Shown in pieces: positions 1-13,848 of a stretch of 64,000 bases of DNA. A model generated the notes under the pieces. That model saw nothing but the letters and a program-made list of their open reading frames with translations. It was not told the DNA's origin and did no database searches. Each line of letters opens with the position of its first letter. Within the stretch, counting starts at the first letter, position 1. The stretch lies in NCBI GenBank assembly GCA_964016885.1, contig OZ024742.1, positions 223,882,001 through 223,946,000 on the forward strand, written 5' to 3'. Position numbers and translations under genes: made by a program. The stretch comes from Eledone cirrhosa (lineage: Eukaryota).

Positions 1-149
1 TGTATAGTGTTTAATGTGTGTTTGCGTTTAGGTGACTGTGTTTTGGTTATTGTATTCTATCTTAGTTTACTAGTGTGTGTTTGTTGTTATTGTGCTTGTG
101 TATATATTTATTTATATTTCTCTTAGGTCAGTATTGTTTGTTTGGGTGT

Positions 150-1525
150 TGTTATTCCATTAATTTTTTCTGTTTATCTTTGGCCTTCTAAGTTCTATTT
201 CACTGGCCTCTCTGATTGGCTATCTGCTGGGTCATTTCTATGTTTAGATATTATTTTAATTTCTATGTTGTTTACGTTACCGTCATCTTGTTGTTTGGCG
301 TGTTCGTATAGTACTGAACCGTTTTTTCTTCCTTTTAGTTCCCCCCCAGTGTTGGTCTATCCTTTCACCTATGCTACGAGCTGTCTTGCCTATGTATGCT
401 GTTGTCATGTTTCTGCAAGTACTTTGTGTACATCTTATGCTATAGACTACGTTTCTAGTTTTACAGTTTATCCTTACATATAATACATTTCCTATTAGTA
501 CAGTGGGTTTTCTTAAAAGGGTATGTTTTGCTGATCAGGGATTTTATGGTGGTTCCTGGCTTTTCTACCACCTTAATCTTTAAGTGGGTCTTTCTCAGGG
601 CCTTTCTACACCGGTTAGCTAATTTCCCTCCAGGGGTAGCGTCCACAAGCATGACACTCTGGTATCTCTGGTTGTCGTACCATGAGGTGGCTTTCCTTAT
701 CTTATGTTTAGTCCTATCTAAGCTATTCCATGATTTGCTCCTGTATAATGGGCAATTTCCTTTCATGTCCAGTTCTATGAGGGTCTTATACTTCTCCGTG
801 GCTCCTTCGTATACTCTGATTCAGTCTCTTTGGTTGTAGCCAGAGAACTGCATGCGGTTGATGAAGTGTTGGATGTGACTTTCCATTTCTGTTGGGTCGC
901 ACATGCTAGACACGTTCTTCATCACTCATACCAAGTCTGCGATCAGAATATTAACACTACTGGACATTGCTGAGTTTTTGAGTATCAGGTATTTGGAGGC
1001 CATGGGTTTAGCGTAGTGTGAGTGGAGAATTTGGGCTCTTTCGTCTATAGTGTTAGTCCAGAGTTCCGTGTCTAATACAGGTAGTCTATTGTTAGGGTGT
1101 TTGGAAGGGTAGTCGATAGTTACAGTTATACTCTGGTGTATGGAATTATCTATCTGCTGGATGCTTTCCATTGTGCTACATTCTAAATCATACTTGTTAG
1201 TACTCTCTTGTGGGGATGTCCTTATTACTATATCAATGTCGTCTACGTAATGAGAGTACATGATGAGGTCTATGGAGCTCTCATCAAGGAGATCTTTGAG
1301 TCTCCTTTCCCACCATACCATAAAAAGGTTGGCAACGTCACCAGCTATGCTGACGCCAATGGCTGCTCCCTCATTTTGGTTGTAGATCTTCTCGTTGAAT
1401 TTGAATATGTGGCCCTTTAGGGTAGTTTTAATACTAGCCCCTATTGCATGTGCGACCATTTTTCTTACCTGATCATTGTTTTTTTTTGGGGGGGGGGGGG
1501 GTCCGTATGGCTTTGGTCCACCCAA
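150..1525 (-). mobile_element. Penelope-like element remnant (RT + GIY-YIG endonuclease), disrupted
   Basis: ORF 926-1525 has RT motifs GAAIGVSIAGDVANLFM and HYVDD. Minus-strand 350-465 translates CKTRNVVYSIRC...AYIGKTARSIGERIDQH (GIY-YIG). A paralogous copy lies at 32480-33445. Confidence 0.85.
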
Positions 1526-1756
1526 TTCACCTTCCCATGGGAGTATTTTTTGGCATTGAGGTTATGGTCAGTCAGTGGTAAACATTGAGGACCGAACAAA
1601 TTAACTGATATAAAAGATACAGAAGCGAAAACCAACCAAACAGTGAGTGTGCTCTGTTATTAATTCTGGCAATATTATTACAACAATATGACCCTCCCCA
1701 AGTATAACAATATTTGTTTCGACACACGATTTCATATCAAAAACCTCGCAAAATAA

Positions 1757-2022
<266 letters not shown>

Positions 2023-2075
2023 GCTGCTCGGCAAGTGATTTTATTAGAGGTTGTGTCTGAAAACAGAAACAATTA

Positions 2076-2253
2076 CACACATATATGTAATACATGTGTA
2101 GATATTGTATATGTACAAAACATTCTTTTGACAGTATATATATGGTGTTGAGAATTACATTGTGGAAATATATTTCTCAACACCATATATATATATTGTC
2201 AAAAGAATTTTTTGTACATATACAATATCTACACATGTAATACATATATGTGT
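2076..2253. repeat. Long inverted repeat (about 80-bp arms, short loop)
   Basis: Left arm acacatatatgtaatacatgtgtagatattg...ggtgttgagaa is the reverse complement, with few mismatches, of ttctcaacacc...caatatctacacatgtaatacatatatgtgt. Confidence 0.9.
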
Positions 2254-2769
2254 GCATATATATATATATATGCACACATATATACACGCATTTCTCACTT
2301 AGCGTTGTATAGTGTGGTTGCTATGACAATTTAACTGCTTTTTTGTTTATTTCAACTTCAACTAGTTTTTTTTTTGTTTTTTTTTTGTTTTTTTTTGTTT
2401 TTTTTGTTGTTTTTTTTAAATGAACGTTTACATAATGAATAGATACATATTTGTCACTAATAATTTCTTTCATATTTGATACATCACAGACAAACCACAC
2501 ACACATATAGAGTCTTCATACAGCCAGACACACTTTCGACACCGCCACGAACAAAGTATAGACTACTCCATCAATATATACGTGATACACACAAAACATT
2601 AAAAACTTCACACACTCACTTGTCTCCTTTTTTCTATTTTTTTGTTTTCTAATCTCTCTACTACTGTACTCTCCTGATAAAGGACGAACGTCCAATACGT
2701 TGAACTTTTTTCACTCTTTCATTCAAAGTGGAACCTAATAACACTAATTTATTTTATATCTCAACAACA

Positions 2770-2990
2770 ATAACACCACCATCACTACCACTACCACCAC
2801 CACCAGCAGCACCATCACCACTATCACCACCATCATTACCTCCACCATCACCTCCAACATCACCACAACCACCCCCACCACTACAACCACCAACACCAAC
2901 ACCACCACCTCCACCTCTACCACTACAACCACCACCATCACCACCACCACAACCACCATACCACCACCACCACCAACAGCAACAACAACA
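2770..2990. repeat. Degenerate (CCA/CAC)n trinucleotide tract
   Basis: Read directly; accounts for the poly-Pro/Gly/Val pseudo-ORFs. Confidence 0.95.
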
Positions 2991-3194
2991 GAAATCCTTC
3001 AAACATGTCATCTAACATTCTAATCATTCCGTTTCCAGTTTTTTTACTTGTTTATGTCAGCAATTAACAGAGTATTCTGCTAAAATAGAGATGAATTAAT
3101 GAATACGTTTCATCATATTTTTATATAAATTAATTATTGTTATTTTATCATAGTTCTCGCATTTTATTGATAATATTTAGCACATTCTCTCACA

Positions 3195-3373
3195 CTCACT
3201 CAAGCCTGTTCTAAAACAAACACACACATGTATACCCTCATAAATACATGCTCATACACACGCCACACGCACAAACACATACACACACACAGACACACAC
3301 ATTAACTCATTCAAGCCAGTTCTGAAACAAATACACACACACACTCTCTCACACGCATACACACACACACTCA

Positions 3374-3410
<37 letters not shown>

Positions 3411-3600
3411 TCTCTCTCATCCACACACACCCACACACATTTACTAATTCAAGCCTGTTCTAAAACAAACACACTCTCTCTCACACACATTGACTCATTC
3501 AAGCCTCTTCTGAACATGTAAACTCATACACACACATAGTCATACACCCACCCACACATACACTTATTCACTCAAGCCTGTTCTGGAAATACACATACAC
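3195..3600. repeat. Five copies of an approximately 28-bp motif (ACTCATTCAAGCCTGTTCTAAAACAAAC-like) separated by variable (CA)n/(CT)n spacers
   Basis: Copies near 3197, 3305, 3443, 3493 and 3570. Confidence 0.8.
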
Positions 3601-3951
3601 ATTTCTACACATTCTGTTTATAGAAGTCTGTTGCCTCTCTAGTGTTGATAATATGTACCCAGTACACCGGTTAGCGGAAGGGCATCTAGCCATAGAAAAT
3701 TTGTGTGAAAGACATGACAATTGCCTTAGCGTTGGTACCATCATGAAATGCACATGGTTTACTCTATAGAGTGAAGAAACATATGTAATCATGATTGGAC
3801 CCTTTGTCTGCCTGAGATATCAGTGGCTCTGTTTTAGTACTGACTTGGTCTCTAACAACCCGTCCAACCCTACCTGGCAAGAAAAACAGATGTTAAATGA
3901 TGATGGTGGTGGTGATGATGATGATAATGATACACCTGTACACATGGTGGT

Positions 3952-4283
3952 ATGGTGGCTGCCAACTCGTTTTCGAGTACGGCCACTACTTTATATCCAT
4001 CTAGGAGAACCCCAACCGATGCGCTGAATGAGTGTGACATTTTAGTCCAGCCAGCAACTTGAAAACTCTGGTACAAACACTACACTTGTGACAATTATTG
4101 ACACATAGTGCTGGGCCCATGGTACCATGTGACGACAAGTGCAGAGAGATCTCCAGATACAAAGCAATGCCTGTGCCGTGAAGCTTTTATAGTGAGCAAA
4201 GGCACTGCACAGAGCCAGTCCCACTCTCTTAACCAAGATGATATTTACCAAAAAGAAGAACAAGTCAACATCATTGGATACCA
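3952..4283 (-). mobile_element. 5'-truncated copy of the non-autonomous RTE-derived zinc-finger element
   Basis: Reverse complement of the 3' half of the copies at 29690-30300 and 51214-51808. Confidence 0.85.
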
Positions 4284-5779
4284 ATGTACACATACATACA
4301 GACATATTCACATATACATTCATACACATACATACACATACATAAACATACATGCAAGCACACACTAACACACACAAACAGAAGAAACAACGATAAATAA
4401 TTATTTATTTTCTTGCAAAGCAAAAAGCCTTTCACTTCTGGGGTTGTAGAGGTTCATTCCTGATATATGGTATGGTGTATCTTGGGAATTTTAAACTTGG
4501 CGAAGCCCTTCCCTCTCCAGGTCTGAACACAGCTGATTTCTTCCAGAAAAGGAGTTAGAGAAAGATTGAAAGAAAGTGATAAAGAGAGATAAAAGACGAA
4601 ACAACCCAATAATAAACTGGTACTTGTTTTATCATCATCATCATCATCGTCGTCAACATCATCATCATCATTATCTTTACGTCCCTTTTTCCATGCTGGT
4701 ATGGGTTTGATAGGATGTATTGAGAATGTTTTACAGTGAGATGTCCTTCCTGATACCAACACTTTGTCACCTCTCACAACATGCAGCTGTACAGTATATC
4801 TATTCCAAAAAGTAGGATGCACACCTTGGAAGGAAAAAAAAAGGGCCCTAAACAGTTGATGGTGTTGTAGAAGTACTATTCTGACATAGTGTGTCTTGGG
4901 CAGTTGAAATCTAGCAGGGGCCCTTCTCTCTCCAGGAAAACAGCTGATTTCTTCCAGAGAAAGATAGAGAGTGAATAATTGTTTCTACTTAGAATGAAAA
5001 GTAAAGTTGACTTTGGAATGATTTGAACTTAGCACACACCACCCTATTCTTGATGACTACATCATTAACTAAGATAAGATCAAATTAATGATGATGATGA
5101 TGATGGTGATGGTGATGATGATATTATTGGAAGACAAGGCAGAGGTGGTGAGAGCTGATCTCAAATCACTGAAACTCACAATGGAGATTATGAAGGATCA
5201 CAATGCGTGGAGAGATGTTGTTTTGAAAAGGACCTGTCCAACCCATGCAAGCATGGAAAAATGAACGTAAAAATTATGATGATGTTGATGATAATAATGA
5301 TGTTTCTAATCCAGGCATAAGGTCTACAATTTTGAATGGAAGGTGTAGCCAAATAAATGCCCCAGTTCTTATGACTGGTGCTTTAATTTTATTGCCTTTG
5401 GAATGATGAAAGGTAAAGGTGACTACGGTGGGATTTAACCTCAAAATGTATAGAGCCAGAATAATAAATATCCCCGCTAATCACCTTTAATGACATGCAG
5501 GGGTATGGTGTACCTATTCTAAAACAGTCAATGTCCTTTATATACAGCCAAGGATGGATTAACCATATATTGGGCCCCTGCCTGAAAATTTCACATCCTT
5601 TGTGTCATATTTGTAGAGTATGGTCCCGTAAGTCCTGATGGAATAATAGGAGCACCATAGTGACCTACAGCATTTCTTAGGTGAAGCCCATTTCTCTCCA
5701 GGTCTGAATATAGCAGATTTCTTCCAGAGAAGGATAGAAAGTGAAAGAGAGGAAATGAGAAAGAGACATAAAGGAAGAA

Positions 5780-5930
5780 TCGACCCCAGTATTGGACTGA
5801 TACTTTTTTTTATTAACCTCGAAAAGAAGAAAGGCAAAGTTGACCTCGGCGAGATTTGAACTCAGAGAGTAGAGTGTTAGAACGAATACCATAAAGCATT
5901 CTATCTGACGTTCTAATGACTCTGCCAATT
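5780..5930 (-). mobile_element. tRNA-derived SINE with Nin/Deu-like domain (representative copy; others near 5340-5460, 8770-8910, 10920-11100, 12460-12620, 32310-32480, 44790-44975)
   Basis: B-box-like GAGTTCAAAT followed by GGTCAACTTTGCCTTTCATCC...GGTCGATAAAATAAAGTACCAG-like core in several copies. Confidence 0.75.
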
Positions 5931-6462
5931 CATATTATGGTAGCAAAATAAATGAATGTGCGTCCTTTAACCCTTTATCATTTCAACTGGCCATATCTGG
6001 CCAGAATTCTCTCACTCTTTCTGTTCAAACCCAGCTGTAACCGGCCACTCATACTGATGTTACGGTATTGTTCTCAAAATAAATAATATCAAAATCTCAT
6101 AGATGGTGGTGGTGATGATAGGTGAGTTAGAGAGAGAGAGCTGAATGAAGCTCCTACATGAGAGACACTTGCTAATGATTATGACCAACACAACCTCCAG
6201 CACCAAGACCACCACCACCACCACTAAACCCACCACCATCACTCCCACCCACCCCACAAACCCTATACCATGTTAAAAAACACAAAGTGAGTGATGACAG
6301 CTCATCTTGACTCCAATCAGTCTACAGTGAGACTGTGTTAACATAAATAGAGATATAAAGGTTAAAATTTATATGTATGAAACTAAACAGAAATAACAAA
6401 GCAAATGACAGAGTACAATGAAGAAATATATTAGTTTAACGCTTAAAATTATAGGAAAAGAG

Positions 6463-6498
6463 TCTTAACGTTTCAGACACTAGTCCTTCATCAGAGAG
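6463..6498 (-). ncRNA. Minimal type I hammerhead ribozyme motif within a dispersed repeat (about 6380-6600)
   Basis: Minus strand reads CUCU-CUGAUGA-A-GGAC(UAGU)GUCU-GAAA-CGUUA-AGA: hammerhead core, stem II, and palindromic AACGUU stem III. Confidence 0.7.
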
Positions 6499-7529
6499 AT
6501 AGAATGAGAAATAAAAGATTAAATAGAAAGATAAAAAGTGAGAAGAGGAAGGAACAGGGAAAAAAAAATTAAGAAAAAAACACGTGCATTTTCAGTCAGC
6601 CATTTTGGATAGATGCTGGTCATTGGGTATTTTAGGCGTTAGAGAGATTTAGGAAGAAAGGTAATCATTGTATATTTGGGGTGGACATGTATATGCAAAC
6701 ATATAGGTGTGGGGAGAGGGGTACGAGTATAAGTGTGTTTGTGTTTGGGCATTGGACCGTGACAGGCTGGTTGCTGTGAGAGTGTAGAGGTGTGAGAAAG
6801 CATGCATGCATGAACTGACCAGTGTAGAGAGATGCACAAAAGTGTATATCAATTTCTACAAATGCATACATGTGCACAGACACACACCCACACTTATATC
6901 AAAACAGGATTGGGTGCACAAGACGAAGACAATGGAAAAGACAATGAAAAATGAACAGTCCCTTCTCTTCAATCAACTTCTGGAAATCCCTATAGTTTTG
7001 GTTAATTAAGGTTGTTACTGTTCATTCCAGTGCACATTGGAACAGGGAGATAAGTTATGCCTTTTGGTGAATTACACAAATAAATGCTACAAGCCAATGT
7101 GCTTCAACTGAAAGAGAAGAGATAGAAACACAGTGCATGGTAACTTAAGTCAAAAGGAGAAAAAAATAGAAAGGAGAACAATAGAAAAAAATATATTTGA
7201 ACTATAGTTTTACACCAAGGAGGTGAAGGGAAAGGAAAGAAAAAAAGAAGGATGACAGGAAGATAGATATTGGGCAGTGAAAAGTCTATTTTATTTATAG
7301 ATGTAAAAAAGGCCTGTGTGGTTACAAATATCGAAAATGAATATAAAAAAAAAGGAGGCACACAAGACAAAGATAAAAGAAAAAACAATGGAAAAATGAA
7401 CAATCCCTTCTCTTCAGTCAACCTCTGGACATTACAATAGTTTTGATGCATTATCTACTTTGTCGCATCCCAATGTGCACTGGAATGAATAATATCAATC
7501 TTAATGTACAGGAAATATAATGATTTCCA

Positions 7530-7760
7530 GAAATTGACTGAAGACATGAGCAGTGAGTATAGAGGTTATGGGAGGACTGACAGAAATGAAGTGAGCATGC
7601 TCCAATGGATGTGTAATGTTAGTGTGCATGAATGACGAAGCATGGAGGAACTGAGAGAAAAACTAGACATAGGGGGAATCAGATATAGTGTACCAGAGAG
7701 AGGACTACACTGGAATCGACATGTGGTGTTATGGAGGAGGATTTTTGGGTGAAGTGGTGT
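7530..7760 (+). mobile_element. Decayed RTE LINE 3' fragment
   Basis: Translates RNEVSMLQWMCNVSV...EELREKLDIGGIR, homologous to the C-terminus of the RTE ORFs in this window. Confidence 0.7.
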
Positions 7761-9231
7761 GTGCTGATCATAAAACACGAAACCTCACATGATGAAAAAA
7801 TGCAGTAGATAGAGGGATGTTTTAGATAAATATACACCCTTTAAAACAAACAGCTGTGCATCAGTGATCCAGGGGTAGTTTCAGGCAGTTTGGTATCAAA
7901 AGTGTTAAACTAATGTTTGGAATACAACCTAAAAATGGTTCTTATATAAAATTATGATGGAAGGTTTTTAGATAAATATATATACTTTAAAGTAAACAGT
8001 TATGATAATGATCATTGTCATTTTTACGTTGACATTTCCATGCTAGCATGGGTTAGATGGGACTTTTTGAAGCAATGTTTTACAGCCAGATGCCCTTCTT
8101 GAAATCATTCCTTTTAATCACTTCTTATAACATGCAGACATACTGTGTACTTGTTTGAAATCAGATATAACAACCATAAACAGGATTGTAGCATAAAACT
8201 AAGGGTAGTTTCAGGTTGTTTTGTATCAAAAGGATTAACATGCAAGTGGTTAAATATTACAGAAATGTGAAGACTGAAAACAAATGAAAGAGGATCTTTT
8301 TTAGTTTGAGTCTTCTCAAGTTTTATACATGTTACTTGATCAGTGGTGGTTGTATGTGACATAGATTCCGTCAACTGAGGCATGATTGACATTTTGTCTT
8401 GTTGACCTCAATAAAGTCTCTCATTTAGGATGAATTATAATCACCAGCACATACTTTAATGCTTTTGTTACCATATTTGAAATGAAAGAAGCTCTCTGTG
8501 ATTTTTAAATAATTTTGAAAATAATCAAGAATTTGGAGGGATTTAGTAATATAACTTAACAAATGTTCTTACATAAAAATATGATAAACGGGTTTTAGAT
8601 CAATATAAATACTTTAAAACAAACAGTTTTGTATCGTAACCCAGAGGTGGCATCAGGTATCAAAATGCTTACAATAAACAGCAGTTTCATTTAGGTTGGT
8701 ATCAAATTGGTTAGTAATTTAACATATTTCTCCATACTAGATTGGTTATTATATGTAACATTTATTCTCTTTACATTTTGAGATCAATTTTACCGTCCAT
8801 CTTTCAGGAGTTGATAAAATAAAGTTCCAGTCAAGTTCTGGAGTCAATTTAATCAACTTTCCTCTACCCCGCCACCAAATTGTTGGCCTTGTGACTAAAT
8901 TCGAAACCATTCTTAGGTTGGTGGGTATTGTAAATGTATCCACTTGACTCTGTAAAGTGGTAATATTGGTGCCACAAAAAGGCACACCCAGTACCCGCTG
9001 TAAAGTGGTAGTGTTAGTGCCATGAAAAGAAAATGTGTCCAGTACAACCTGTAAAGTGACTGATATTAGAAAGAGCATCCAGCTGTAGAAGTCATGCAAA
9101 ATATGGAATGCAGGAGCAAGTTGTGGCCCCCTGATCAATCCAGCCTTAGAACGTGACAACCCATCCAATCCATTCCAGGATGGAAATGCAGATATAAAAA
9201 CAATAATTATGATGATAATGATGATGATGGC

Positions 9232-9274
<43 letters not shown>

Positions 9275-9469
9275 GCAATAATGACAGTGTTGATGATACA
9301 GGGTGCTCAAGTTGGCACAAAGTAGATAGATATTCAATAATTCATTGTATGTGATATATAAATCAATACATTGCTTAAATAGTGACGTATTGGGGTATTC
9401 ATAGAGTGAGAGAAAAATCTGCAGTATTGATGGAGACTGTTAACTGAACCTGGTTTGAACAGGATTTTC

Positions 9470-10900
9470 AACATAGAAAGCTGTATGCAATGGTATGGAC
9501 ATGTGAGGGTGTGTATAAAAGAGAAGACTGCAATGGTTTGGACATGTGATGGATATGTGATGGACATAGATGAGAGAGAAGACTGCAATGGTATGGGCAT
9601 ATGATGGGTGTGTACAAGAGAGAAGGCTGCAATGGTATGGACATATGATGGGTGTGTACAAGAGAGAAGGCTGCAATGGTATGGCCATATGATGGGTGTG
9701 TACAAGAGAGAAGGCTACAATGGTATGGACATATGATGGGTGTGTACAAGAGAGAAGGCTACAATGGTATGGACATATGATGGGTGTGTACAAGAGAGAA
9801 GGCTACAATGGTATGGCCATATGATGGGTGTGTACAAGAGAGAAGGCTACAATGGTATGACATATGATGGGTGTGTACAAGAGAGAAGGCTACAATGGTA
9901 TGACATATGATGGGTGTGTACAAGAGAGAAGGCTACAATGGTATGGCCATATGATGGGTGTGTACAAGAGAGAAGGCTACAATGGTATGGACATATGATG
10001 GGTGTGTACAAGAGAGAAGGCTACAATGGTATGGACATATGATGGGTGTGTACAAGAGAGAAGGCTACAATGGTATGGCCATATGATGGGTGTGTACAAG
10101 AGAGAAGGCTACAATGGTATGGACATATGATGGGTGTGTACAAGAGAGAAGGCTACAATGGTATGGACATATGATGGGTGTGTACAAGAGAGAAGGCTAC
10201 AATGGTATGGACATATGATGGGTGTGTACAAGAGAGAAGGCTACAATGGTATGACATATGATGGGTGTGTACAAGAGAGAAGGCTACAATGGTATGGACA
10301 TATGATGGGTGTGTACAAGAGAGAAGGCTACAATGGTATGGACATATGATGGGTGTGTACAAGAGAGAAGGCTACAATGGTATGGACATATGATGGGTGT
10401 GTACAAGAGAGAAGGCTACAATGGTATGACATATGATGGGTGTGTACAAGAGAGAAGGCTACAATGGTATGGACATATGATGGGTGTGTACAAGAGAGAA
10501 GGCTGCAATGGTATGGACATATGATGGGTGTGTACAAGAGAGAAGGCTACAATGGTATGACATATGATGGGTGTGTACAAGAGAGAAGGCTACAATGGTA
10601 TGGACATATGATGGGTGTGTACAAGAGAGAAGGCTACAATGGTATGGACATATGATGGGTGTGTACAAGAGAGAAGGCTACAATGGTATGGACATATGAT
10701 GGGTGTGTACAAGAGAGAAGGCTACAATGGTATGACATATGATGGGTGTGTACAAGAGAGAAGGCTACAATGGTATGGACATATGATGGGTGTGTATAAG
10801 AGAGAAGACTCTAATGGTATGGACATGTATGAGAGAGATGACTGCAATGGTATGGACATGTATAGGAGAGATGACTGCAATGGAATAGACATGTGATGGA
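9470..10900 (+). repeat. 44-bp minisatellite (about 32 units) derived from RTE coding sequence
   Basis: Unit gtgtacaagagagaaggctacaatggtatggacatatgatgggt; one frame reads CVQERRLQWYGHMM. Confidence 0.95.
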
Positions 10901-11374
10901 CATGAACAATTACAGCAGGTTTTAATTAATACACAAAGACAGTAATTTGGGGAAAAGGAAAAAAATTGCTTATATCAACCCCAGTTCTTGACTAGTAAGC
11001 TGATTTGGGCTAGATTTGAACTAAAGACATAAAGGGTCATAGCTAAATACCATAGGGCATTTTGTCCAACACTAACGATTTTGCAAATTCACTGCCATCA
11101 ACTAGCTAAAATATTAATAAGGCCACTGTTCGACATCTCTAATTCCTCTTCTGTGCCCAGCTTATGCCAGCATGGAAGAAAGATGTACCCCCTACTCTCA
11201 CTCACATCCCTGATTCACTTCCCTTCTCCAACCCCTGCCAGGCACACCTCACAATATGCTGCTAGACGCAACTCATTCCCTTTAACACCACGTCTATGAC
11301 CTGAAACTTCCACTTCCATGGTGGTAACCCCCCCCCCCCCCCCCTCCCCTACTCCCATCCATGCCTCTCCAGTG

Positions 11375-11702
11375 ATGGCGCCATGATAAAAATACACAGT
11401 CCATGATGGGTAAAGTGGTAGTGCTGATGCCACAAAAAAACGCACCCAGTTAACAATGTAAAGATGTCACAACAAAGAGTACCCAGTCATCCTATAAGTG
11501 GAAGTGGCAGAGTCATAATAGAATGCTCCCAGTACATATTGTAAAGTGGTTGGCACCAGGAAGGTCATCCAGCCATTGAAAGCAAGCTAAAAATGGAGCT
11601 AACGAGCATGACGTTGTCATCTGACTAGTCTAGTTTCACAAGCATGAAAAATAGGCATTAAAGAGTGATGATGATGATGATGACGATGATGATGATGATG
11701 GC

Positions 11703-11739
<37 letters not shown>

Positions 11740-11967
11740 CTGATGGTGATGGTGATAATGATGGTGGTGATGATGATGGTGATAATGATGGTGGTGGTGA
11801 TGATGATGATGATGATGATGATGGTGATGGTGATGGTGATGGTGATGATGGTGATGGCAATGATGGTGATGGTGATGATGATGGCGATGATGAGGATGAT
11901 GATGGTGATGGTGATGATGATGATGGTGGTGATGATGATGATGGTGATGATGATGATGATGATGATG
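11375..11967 (+). mobile_element. SINE (RTE-type body and tail) with an expanded, roughly 300-bp (GAT/GGT)n tail
   Basis: Body motif gtaaagtggttggcaccaggaaggtcatccagcc, then caagcatgaaaa and a GAT-based tract at 11665-11967. Confidence 0.75.
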
Positions 11968-12694
11968 AACAACACAACAAGTGATTTAAAGCAGAGGTTA
12001 GCCATATGGACACTCTATCACAGGCTTAATCATACTTATCACAGGGGCCTTTTTGAGGCAATGTTTTACAGCCAGATGCCCTTTCTGGCATCAACCCTTT
12101 TCAATACTTCTTGTGACACACATGGATACAGTGTACCTATATACTAAACTAGATACACACAGCAAAGGAAATAAGGAAATAAAAATCATTGGAAAGAGAG
12201 TATATTCACAAATATACTCTTTTACACTTTTATTCTTTTACTAATTTCAGTTATTTGATTGTGACCTTGTTGAGGCACAGTTTTGGAGGAATTGAGTCGA
12301 TCATATTAAACCCAGTGCAACAAGTACAACAATAACAACAATAAAGATAACAACACTAAAAAGACCACTTCCAACAACAACTAGATACAGAAAAACTTTC
12401 TATTGTTTTGGCATTAGAAATACATCTGTCTATATATCATTATCATCATCATCAAGGGTTAGACGCCATGCTTTCTAGCATAGTTACGTCCCTTTACAGA
12501 GTCTGAGTTCAAATCCCGCCAAGGTTAACTTTGCCTTTCATCCTTACAGGGTCGATAAAATAAAGTACCAGTAATGTACTGGGTAATTGCTGGCCTTGTG
12601 CCTAAAGTAGAAACAATTATCATCATCATCATCCTTGTCGTTTAACATCCATCTTCCATGCTAGCATGGATATATATATATATATATATATATA

Positions 12695-13655
12695 ACTTTG
12701 ATTTTATACCTAAGTGTGTATGGTTGACGATATATTTAATCGATTCCCACGTGCTATTGGAAATGCTGGGTAAATATTCTATGGCTGTTGATCGCGAATA
12801 GATAGCTGACGTTTATTTATCTATTATTTCTTCATAGGTGTCTTTTAATCTTATAGCCTGGTTTAATTGGTTTTTTGTGTGGTCGATTATGCTGATTGGT
12901 AGAGGAAATGGTGTATATATTTTATCAAATAATTCTATGGACATACTTTATTGTATATTGCTCTGATCGTTGATTATTTAATTAATTAATTCGTCATTGA
13001 GCCACACTGTGAATGGTTGCCAAAAACATATATATATATATATCTATGACTTTCTCTAGTTTGTGTATATGTAAATCTTTATATTTGATAATCTCCCATA
13101 TGGTTGAGATGCAATTTAGGCAATATTAGGCTGCGCTTTCTAGCAACCAGCCCACTTGCCGTAAGGCACCAATCACATTCTTTCTGACTTGACCACTGCC
13201 ACGTCACAGTTCTTAGCCATTTTGAATTTGTTTCTGCCGGGGATCATTTCAGAAAAATCTTCGTCAAAATGAGTTTGTTTCCTGATGATTTCAAAGCTCG
13301 TGAATTTATCCTTGATTGGATATTTCCAAAAGCGAATGAAACTCCATGGGGTAGACACGTAATTTTGGTATGTTTATATACATTTTTTCTTCTAACTTTG
13401 ATTTTATACCTAATTGTGTATGGTTGACGATATATTTAATCGATTCCCACGTACTATTGGAAATGCTGGGTAAATATTCTATGGCTGTTGATCGCGAATA
13501 GATAGCTGTCGTTTATTTATCTATTATTTCTTCGTAGGTGTCTTTTAATCTTATAGCCTGGTTTAATTGTTTTTTTGTGTGGTTGATTATGCTGATTGGG
13601 AGTAGAAATGGTGTATATATTTTATCAAATGATTCTATGGACATACTTTATTGTA
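12695..13655 (-). mobile_element. Decayed retroelement-like fragment with an approximately 260-bp direct duplication (12695-12958 and 13394-13655)
   Basis: The duplication is read directly. The minus strand is open over long stretches, but the family is not identified (possibly a Penelope N-terminal region). Confidence 0.45.
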
Positions 13656-13671
13656 TATATATATATATATA

Positions 13672-13848
13672 TATAAAACAAAGAAAGTGTGGTAAGGAAC
13701 CAGGTGGACCATAACGTACCAGAGTACTTGATACTTAGGGTAGTAGAGTGGGTAATAGGAAAAGAGTCAGGACCCCGACAGCTAGATCCGGATCTAGCTG
13801 TCGAAATGGCCAGAGCTCAGCCGTCGGGGTCCTGACTCTTTTCCTATA
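13672..13848. mobile_element. Short TA-inserted element ending in a fold-back hairpin (family also at 24238-24420 and 48470-48627)
   Basis: Shared body gtggtaaggaaccag.tggaccataacg.accagagtact..atacttagggtagtagagtggg plus a terminal inverted repeat. Confidence 0.75.

Noticed and set aside
6171-8406. Possible minus-strand exons of another gene (about 8336-8406 QQDKMSIMPQLTESMSHTTTTDQ; about 6171-6321 TDWSQDELSSLTLCFLTW...)
   Set aside because: AG/GT boundaries and phases are compatible, but there is no recognisable homology or transcript evidence, so I cannot support them without RNA-seq.
9470-10900. CRISPR-like regularity here and at 3195-3600 and 46850-47260
   Set aside because: There are no unique spacers and no cas genes, and the context is eukaryotic; these are tandem repeats.
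11636-12147. Poly-Met, poly-Ser and poly-Ile ORFs
   Set aside because: They come from the (GAT/GGT)n tail of a SINE.
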